Assembly (NCBI GenBank): GCA_044344255.1
Contig: JBIJDH010000053.1
Coordinates: 1 to 16,966 of the forward strand
Origin: Myxococcota bacterium
GTDB lineage: Bacteria; Myxococcota_A; UBA796; UBA2385
Direction of reading: 5' to 3'
DNA length: 16,966 nucleotides
In this document: positions 6,876 through 14,800 of the stretch, piece by piece
Layout: each line of letters opens with the position of its first letter
Numbering within the stretch: position 1 is the first letter of the stretch
Position numbers and translations under genes: made by a program
Notes under the pieces: generated by a model
Databases searched by the model: none
Told to the model about the DNA's origin: nothing
What the model saw: only the letters and a program-made list of their open reading frames with translations

Positions 6876-7744
6876 GCGGCCCCGACACCCTCTCGATCGT
6901 CGCCGGCGTCCTTGTCGACGCCGGCCTCAAGTCCACCGCCCTGCTCGCGCTCGGCGGCCTCGGCAGCCTGCTGCTGCGGGGCGGCTCGGCCGCGCAGCGC
7001 CACGCCGTCTGGGCCGGCACCTTCGCCACCCTGCCCGTGCTCGTGGTCGCCGCCGCCCTGCGGGGCCCCACCATCGCCCTCGAGGCGCCCCTGGTCGCGC
7101 CGGTCTGGCTCCTCGGCGCCCTGCTCGCCGGCCTGCCCCTGCTGCGGGGTGTCTTGGCGCTCGCCACGCTGCGCCAGGACGCCCGGCCCGACCCCCAGAC
7201 GCCCGCGCTCCTGCACAGCGCGGCGCTGAGGAGCCCTGTCACCTGGGGGCTGCTGCGGCCGATCATCGTGCTGCCCGACTGCGCCGCGGCCTGGCCCGAG
7301 GCGCATCGCGCCGCCGCCCTCGCCCATGAGCGCGCCCACATCCGTCGCCACGACTGGGCCGTTCAAATGGTGGTTTGGGCCACCTGCACGTTGTTTTGGT
7401 TCAACCCGCTTGCTTGGCTCGCCCGCCGCGCCCTGGCCCAAGAGGCCGAGCACGCGGCCGACGACGCGGCCCTCGCTGAGGGCGCGCGGCCCAGCGACTA
7501 CGCCGGCCTGCTCGTCTCGCTCAGCGGCGCAGGCGGCCCGAGCGCGGCCCTGGGCGCCGGCTCCTCCCCGCTGGCGCGCCGCGTGTACGCCGTGCTCGAC
7601 GCTCGCCGGCGCAGCCCCGGCCGCCGCTGGGCGCTGGGCCTCGCCCTCGCGCTCGGGGCTGGCGCGGCTTCGACCCTCGGCGCCTGGCCCACCTGGACGC
7701 GCCCGTCCGACACCCTCACCTGCAGCCCCGGTCCGGCCCAATGA
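6872..7744 (+). CDS. M56-family (BlaR1/MecR1-like) membrane zinc metallopeptidase lacking a penicillin-binding sensor domain, 290 aa
   Basis: 'SAAQRHAVW', 'SPVTWGLLRPIIVLP', zinc motif 'AHERAHIRRHD', 'WFNPLAW' and 'EHAADD'. ATGA overlap with the BlaI-like gene. The protein ends about 20 aa after the last hydrophobic segment. Confidence 0.93.
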   Translation: MSGPDTLSIVAGVLVDAGLKSTALLALGGLGSLLLRGGSAAQRHAVWAGTFATLPVLVVAAALRGPTIALEAPLVAPVWLLGALLAGLPLLRGVLALATLRQDARPDPQTPALLHSAALRSPVTWGLLRPIIVLPDCAAAWPEAHRAAALAHERAHIRRHDWAVQMVVWATCTLFWFNPLAWLARRALAQEAEHAADDAALAEGARPSDYAGLLVSLSGAGGPSAALGAGSSPLARRVYAVLDARRRSPGRRWALGLALALGAGAASTLGAWPTWTRPSDTLTCSPGPAQ

Positions 7745-8538
7745 AGCGCACGCTCCACCTGTTCTTCGCGCTGGCGCTGCCCGCCTTCTCCTCCCCCGCC
7801 GCCTTGGCCGCCGGCAGCTCGGCGCGGCCCGCCGACCGAGCGGGGGCCGAGCCAGTCTCGACGGTGCCCTCGATCCGTGAGGTCAGCGCGCAGATCGCCG
7901 CCCTGGCGCCGGCCGAGCGCGCGCAGGCCACAGCCTCGCTGCGCTTCCTCACCGCGAGCTGCCCCTACACCCGCGCGGCGATGCTGCTCCCTGTTGTGTT
8001 GCGCGACGCAGTCCGATCCATCCCGGTCACGGCCATCTCGCCCGAGGGCCGCGCTGAGCTAGCCGCCCTCAACGAGGCGCTCGCGCTGCACGTCGGGGCG
8101 CTGGAGGCCCTCGGGGTCGAGGTCAAGGCGCCCACCAGCGGCGACGCGCTCTTCGGACAGCCCGCCGCGAGCGTACCCGATCGGGCCGCGCTGCGACGGT
8201 CGGCCGAGCCTATCACCACCCTGTCGATCTCTATCGCCGCGATCACGCCCATCGCGGGCACCATCGAGGCCCAGACCCAGGCGCAGATCGAGGTGCACAG
8301 CGACCGCGTCGAAGCCGCCACCGGCGTCGCGCGGCCTTGCCCCCGCGGGCCCTGGGCGGTGCAGCCCGGCCACCCGTGGACAATGGGCATGCAGTTGAAC
8401 GAAGCCCACGACGCGCTGGTGCGCTTGGCGCCCACCGCCGTCGACGCGGGCACGCGGGCCGAGCTTGACGCGCTCATCGGGCTGATGGACGCGCTGGGCG
8501 CAGCCAACCAAGCGAGCCGGGCGACGCGGACGAATTGA
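7741..8538 (+). CDS. Secreted hypothetical protein, mostly alpha-helical/Ala-rich, 265 aa
   Basis: ATGA overlap with the M56 gene. Sec-type signal 'MKRTLHLFFALALPAFSSPAALA'. Host-like GC3. No family recognised. Confidence 0.75.
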   Translation: MKRTLHLFFALALPAFSSPAALAAGSSARPADRAGAEPVSTVPSIREVSAQIAALAPAERAQATASLRFLTASCPYTRAAMLLPVVLRDAVRSIPVTAISPEGRAELAALNEALALHVGALEALGVEVKAPTSGDALFGQPAASVPDRAALRRSAEPITTLSISIAAITPIAGTIEAQTQAQIEVHSDRVEAATGVARPCPRGPWAVQPGHPWTMGMQLNEAHDALVRLAPTAVDAGTRAELDALIGLMDALGAANQASRATRTN

Positions 8539-8571
8539 GGCTCGGGTCGGCGAGCCGACGCAGCGGATCCA

Positions 8572-8696
8572 GTGCCAGGCTCGGATGTTTGCGCATTCCG
8601 GGACTTGCCGGGAGCTGCCGACACTCCGCACCGATGGTCGCAGCTCGTCATCCAATGGGCTCGTGGGCTGATTGGTCAAAGATCCGAGCCAGGCAC
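8572..8696. repeat. 125-bp element bounded by 20-bp inverted repeats (MITE- or REPIN-like)
   Basis: GTGCCAGGCTCGGATGTTTG (8572-8591) and CAAAGATCCGAGCCAGGCAC (8677-8696) form an 18/20 inverted match. GCCAGGC occurs in direct orientation at both outer ends. The element lies between convergent genes. Confidence 0.7.
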
Positions 8697-8714
8697 CAGC
8701 GTGAGGATGTACCC

Positions 8715-8819
8715 TCAAGCCGCTCGGCGGCGTCTGAGGCCGAGGGTGGTGAGTCCCAGGAGGAGGCCCAGCCAGCCCGCTTCGGAGGCAGCCCCGCCAG
8801 GGGTCGCGCAGCCGCAGCC
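8715..8819 (-). other. MYXO-CTERM-like C-terminal sorting signal
   Basis: GCGC motif, short spacer, hydrophobic helix and terminal RRRR, preceded by an Asp/Thr/Gly low-complexity linker. Confidence 0.85.
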
Positions 8820-11800
8820 CTTGCCGCCGCCGCTGGACCCGTCTTCGGCGTTCGCGCCGGTGTCGTTGGTGTCGGTGCCACTGTCATCGGTGTTGTCACC
8901 GGTGTCATCGGTGCTCACGGCCGTGTCGTCGGTCGAGCCGGTGTCATCCGGCGCGTCGATGCCGTCGCAGTCCTGGTCGATACCATCTCCAGCCACCTCG
9001 GTGGCCCCCGGATAGGCCCCGGGGTCGCTGTCGTCGCAGTCCCCCGTGGGGTCGTCGCCCCAGGCCTCGCCGGCCTCCTCACAGGAGAGGTCCGCGCTCT
9101 CCACCGTGCTCGTCGTATCCGGCCGGTAGCCGTCTGTGTCGGCGTCCACGTAACACAGCTCGATTGTGTCGCAGTCCGAGTCGAGCGCGTCCGCCGGCAG
9201 CTCGATGGCGTCGGGGTTCACGCTGGCGTCGTCATCATCGCAGTCGGCCTCCGCTGAGCCCATGGCGTAGCCCTCCGGCGGATCGCAGGCGGTCACCCTG
9301 TCGCTCTCGTTCGTGAAGCTGTCCTCGTCGAGGTCGGCAAACCAGTCCGCTGCGCCCACGGCATCGGCCCCGTCTGTGCTCGTGTCGCAGTTGTCGTCGA
9401 GGCCGTTACAGACCTCAATGGCGTCCGGGTTCACGGCGAAGAGCCCATCGTCGCACTCCTCGCAGGCGGCGAATCCGTCGCCGTCGGCGTCGGTGTAGCC
9501 CACCGAGCCGTCACAGTTGTAGTCACTCGGGTCGGCGCAGTCGGTCTCGCTGGCGTCAGGGTGGAAGGCCGTGTCGGCGTCGTTGCAGTCACCGTCCGGA
9601 GTGGTGTCGCTCGCCTCCCCGGACCCGGCACAGTCGAGATCAAGGGAGCTGACGGTGTCGTCCACGCGGTAGCCGTCTTCGTCGGCGTCCACATAGCAGA
9701 GCTCAGCCGCATCGCAGTCCTGATCGATGCCATCCCCCGCGACCTCGATGGCGTCGGGGTTCACGTCGGGGTCGGTGTCGTCGCAGTCGGTGTCATCCTC
9801 GACCACGCCCACGGCCGCGTCACAGGCGGGGATAGGGCTTGCAGCGTCCCCAAAGCCGTCGGCGTCGAGGTCGGCGTAGAGCGTGCCGGTCGAGCCCGCG
9901 GAGACAGAGCTGTCGAGGTCATCGGCCAGCCCGTCACAGTCCTCATCGGTGTCGGCCGCGTCGCAGACCTCGGTGGCGCCGGGGTTCACGGCGCTGGCCG
10001 CGTCGTCGCAGTCTCCGCCGACGGCGGTGTAGCCGGGCAGCAGGTCGCAGGAGACGGTCACGCCGGCGGCGCCGTAACCATCACCGTCGCCATCGACGTA
10101 GGCGCCCGTGTACGTGGCCGTATCGACTCTGCTGTCGGCGTCATCGGCCGAGCCGTCGCAGTCCTCGTCCTGGTCGGCTGCGTCGCAGATCTCGGCCGCG
10201 CCCGGGTTCACCGCTGCATCTCCGTCGTCGCAATCCTCCTCTGCGGTGCCGTAGCCCGTGGCCGGCAGGTCACAGAAGGAGGCGGTGGTGGGGCCAGCGT
10301 AGCCGTCGCCGTCGCCGTCCACATAGAAGGTGCTCGTGGTGCTGGGATCGACGCTGCTGTCCCCATCGTCGATGAGGCCGTCACAGTCCTCGTCCTGGTT
10401 GGCCGCATCGCAGACCTCGGTGGCCCCCGGGTGGATCTCCGCATCCGTATCGTCACACTCTTCACAGGCCGCGTAGCTGTCGCCGTCGGCGTCGGTGTAG
10501 CCGACCGAGCCATCGCAATTGTAGTCGTTCGGGTCGGTGCAGTCCGTCTCGGCCACGCCCGGGTTGTAGAGCGTGCTCGTGTCGTCGCAGTCCCCGCCGG
10601 GAGCGCTCGCGAGGGCGAGCCCGCTCGAGCTGCAGTCGAGGCTGGAGGAGGGCGTCGTGCTGTCGATCCGGTAGCCATCGCCGTCCTGGTCGACGTAGCA
10701 GAGCTCGAGGCCATCGCAGTCCTGGTCTGTTCCGTCGGCCGTGAGCTCGGCGGCACCGGGGTGAACGCTCGAATCGCTGTCGAGGCAGTCGGTGGAGCTC
10801 GCGAAATAGCGGCTCGGGGCATCGCAGAAGGCCGCAGTGCTGGTGCCGGCGTAGCCGTCCCCATCGACGTCGTGGTACCAGGTGCCCTTGGTAGTGGCGA
10901 GGGCCGAGCTGTCGCTGTTGTCGGCCACGCCGTCGCAGTCCTCATCCGTGTTCGACGCGTCGCAGACCTCGGTGGCCCCGGGGTTCACGGCGGCGGCGCT
11001 GTCATCGCAGTCGGTGTTGACCGTCGCGTAGCCGGAGGCGGGCAGGTCGCAGTACTTCGCGCTGCTGGTGGTGCCGTAGCTGTCGCCGTCGGCGTCCACG
11101 TAGAAGCTGCTCTTGCCCGAAGCGGAGACGGAGGCGTCGCTGTCATCCGCCGTGCCGTCGCAGTCCTCGTCGGTATTGGCGGCGTCGCAGACCTCGGTGG
11201 CCCCGGGGTTCACGGCGGCGGCGCTGTCGTCACAGTCGGTGTTGACCGTCGCGTAGCCGGAGGCGGGCAGGTCGCAGTACTTCGCGCTCGTCGTGGTGCC
11301 GTAGCTGTCGCCGTCGGCGTCCACATAGAAGCTGCTCTTGCCCGAAGCGGCGACGGAGGCGTCGCTGTCATCGGCAGAGCCGTCGCAGTCCTCGTCCGTG
11401 TCCGAGGCGTCGCAGACCTCGGTGGCGCCGGGGTTGATGGCGGCGGCGCTGTCGTCGCAGTCGGTGCTGACGGTGGCGTAGCCGGAGGCGGGCAGGTCGC
11501 AGTACTTCGCGCTGCTGGTGGTGCCATAACTGTCGCCGTCGGCGTCCACATAGAAGCTGCTCTTGCCCGAAGCGGCGACGGAGGCGTCGCTGTCATCCGC
11601 CGTGCCGTCGCAGTCCTCATCCGTGTTCGACGCGTCGCAGACCTCGGTGGCTCCGGGGTTCACGGCGGCGGCGCTGTCGTCGCAGTCGGTGTTGACCGTC
11701 GCGTAGCCCGAGCTCGGAAGGTCGCAGTACTTCGCGCTCGTCGTGGTGCCGTAGTCGTCCCCGTCGGCGTCCACATAGAAGCTGCTCTTGCCCGAAGCGG

Positions 11801-14800
11801 CGACGGAGGAGTCGCTGTCATCGGCCAGGCCGTCGCAGTCCTCATCCGTGTTCGACGCGTCGCAGACCTCGGTGGCGCCGGGGTTCACGGCGGCGGCGCT
11901 GTCGTCGCAGTCGGTGTTGACCGTCGCGTAGCCAGAGGCGGGCAGGTCGCAGTACTTCGTGCTGCTGGTGGTGCCGTAGCTGTCGCCGTCGGCGTCCACA
12001 TAGAAGCTGCTCTTGCCCGAAGCGGAGACGGAGGAGTCGCTGTCATCGGCCAGGCCGTCGCAGTCCTCGTCGGTGTTGGCGGCGTCGCAGACCTCGGTGG
12101 CCCCGGGGTTGATGGCGGCGGCGCTGTCGTCGCAGTCGGTGCTGACCGTCGCGTAGCCGGAGGCCGGCAGGTCGCAGTACTTCGCGCTCGTCGTGGTGCC
12201 GTAGCTGTCGCCGTCGGCGTCCACATAGAAGCTTCTCTTGGAGGAGGAGGAGACGGAGGCGTCGCTGTCATCGGCAGAGCCGTCGCAGTCCTCGTCCGTG
12301 TCCGAGGCGTCGCAGACCTCGGTTGCGCCGGGGTTGATGGCGGCGGCGCTGTCGTCGCAGTCGGTGTTGACCGTCGCGTAGCCGGAGGCGGGCAGGTCGC
12401 AGTACTTCGCGCTGCTGGTGGTGCCGTAGCTGTCGCCGTCGGCGTCCACATAGAAGCTGCTCTTGCCCGAAGCGGCGACGGAGGCGTCGCTGTCATCGGC
12501 ATTTCCATCGCAGTCCTCGTCCGTGTTCGACGCGTCGCAGACCTCGGTGGCTCCCAGGTTGATGGCGGCGGCGCTGTCGTCGCAGTCGGTGTTGACGGTC
12601 GCGTAGCCAGAGGCGGGCAGGTCGCAGTACTTCGCGCTGCTGGTGGTGCCGTAGTCGTCCCCGTCGCTGTCCACATAGAAGCTGCTCTTGCCCGAAGCGG
12701 CGACGGAGGCGTCGCTGTCATCGGCCTTGCCGTCGCAGTCCTCATCGGTGTTGGCCGCGTCGCAGACCTCGGTGGCCGCGGGGTTGATGGCAGCGGCGCT
12801 GTCATCGCAGTCGGTGTTGAGGGTGGCGTAGCCGGAGGCCGGCAGGTCGCAGTACTTCGCGCTCGTCGTGGTGCCGTAGCTGTCACCATCGGCGTCCACA
12901 TAGAAGCTGCTCTTGGTGGAGGCGGAGACGGAGCCATCGAGGTCATCGGCCGTGCCGTCACAGTCCTCGTCCGTGTTGCTGGCGTCGCAGACCTCGGTGG
13001 CTCCGGGATTGATGGCGGCGGCGCTGTCGTCGCAGTCGGTGTTGACCGTCGCGTAGCCGGAGGCGGGCAGGTCGCAGTACTTCGCGCTCGTCGTGGTGCC
13101 GTAGTCGTCCCCATCGCTGTCCACATAGAAGCTGCTCTTGCCCGAAGCGGCGACGGAGGAGTCGCTGTCATCGGCCTTGCCGTCACAGTCCTCGTCCGTA
13201 TTGCTGGCGTCGCAGACCTCGGTCGCTCCGGGGTTGATAGCGGCGGCGCTGTCATCGCAGTCAGTGCTGAGCGTGGCGTAGCCGGAGACCGGCAGGTCGC
13301 AGTACTTCGCGCTCGTCGTGGTGCCGTAGTCGTCCCCATCACTGTCCACATAGAAGCTGCTCTGGGTGGAGGCGGAGACGGATGCGTCGCTGTCCTCAGC
13401 AGAGCCGTCGCAGTCCTCGTCGGTGTCCGAGGCATCGCAGACCTCGGTGGCTCCCGGGTTGATGGCGGCGGCGCTGTCGTCGCAGTCGGTGTTGACCGTC
13501 GCGTAGCCGGAGGCGGGCAGGTCGCAGAACTTCGTGCTGCTGGTGGTGCCGTAGCTGTCTCCGTCACTGTCCACATAGAAGCTGCTCTGGGTGGAGGAGG
13601 AGACGGAGGCGTCGCTGTCATCCGCCGTGCCATCGCAGTCCTCGTCGGTGTTGCTGGCGTCGCAGACCTCGGTGGCTCCAGGGTTAATGGCGGCAGCGCT
13701 GTCGTCACAGTCGGTGCTGACGGTGGCGTAGCCGGAGGCGGGCAGGTCGCAGTACTTCGTGCTGCTGGTGGTGCCGTAGCTGTCTCCGTCGCTGTCCACA
13801 TAGAAGCTGCTCTGGGTGGAGGAGGAGACGGAGGCGTCGCTGTCATCGGCCAGGCCGTCGCAGTCCTCATCGGTGTTGGCCGCGTCGCAGACCTCGGCGG
13901 CCGCGGGGTTGATGGCGGCGGCGATGTCGTCACAGTCGGTGCTGAGCGTGGCGTAGCCGGAGGCCGGCAGGTCGCAGTACTTCGCGCTGCTGGTGGTGCC
14001 GTAGCTGTCGCCGTCGGCGTCGACGTAGAAGCTGCTCTTGGTGGAGGAGGAGACGGAGGCGTCGCTGTCATCGGCCAGGCCGTCGCAGTCCTCATCCGTG
14101 TTCGACGCGTCGCAGACCTCGGTCGCCCCGGGGTTGATAGCGGCGGCGCTGTCGTCGCAGTCGGTGGAGGTCGCGAGGTACCCGCTCGGGAGGTCGCAGT
14201 AGCTCCCGGCGGTCGGGCCGCCGTAGCCGTCGGCGTCGCTGTCCGCGTAGAACGTTGACTGGCCGGTGGCGGAGGGGTCCGCGTCGTCTGAGAGGCCGTC
14301 GCAGTCCTCATCGGTGTTCGCCGCGTCGCAGACCTCGGTGGCTCCGGGGTTCACGGCGGCGTCCGCGTCATCGCAGTCCAGGGTCGCTGCGTAGCCGTCC
14401 CCGTCGGCGTCGGCGTATCCCGCGTAGACATAGGCCCGGCCCGTGAACGAGGAATACCCATACGCGCCGACAATCACGTCGTCGTAGCCATCCCCGTTCA
14501 CGTCCCCCGCGCCCGCCACCGAAACGCCCAAGCGGTCGGAAGTCGCTCCCCCGGTCAGCGTCGTCGACGCGGTCGAGGACACCCCGCTCGCCGACCCCGC
14601 GTAGACATCGGCCCGGCCCGTGACCGAGGCATAGAAGTACGCCCCGACGATCACGTCGTCGTAGCCATCCCCGTTCACGTCCCCCGCGCCCGCCACCGAA
14701 GCGCCGAAGTAGTTGTTGGTCGCTCCCCCGGTCAGCGTCGTCGCCGCGGTCGTGGACACCCCGCTCGCCGACCCCGCGTAGACATCGGCCCGGCCCGTGT

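Noticed and set aside
6504..7744. Beta-lactam resistance locus (blaI/blaR1 proper)
   Set aside because: There is no penicillin-binding sensor domain and no beta-lactamase or PBP gene in the window, so gene symbols were withheld.
8539..8560. Intrinsic terminator after the secreted-protein gene
   Set aside because: A GC hairpin is possible (GGCTCG...CGAGCC or GTCGGC-GA-GCCGAC), but there is no U-tract on either strand.
3058..8718. Numerous overlapping alternative ORFs (e.g. 3078-3878, 3092-3988, 3985-4602, 5107-6357, 6692-7741, 7965-8651)
   Set aside because: They overlap genes with clear family motifs and look like typical high-GC spurious frames.
9561..14258. 1565-aa plus-strand ORF, and the 808-aa alternative-frame minus ORF at 11885-14311
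   Set aside because: These are shadows of the repetitive high-GC giant gene. One stop-free repeat unit propagates through the array, and the V/A/G/R- or T/A/P/R-rich translations have no domain features.
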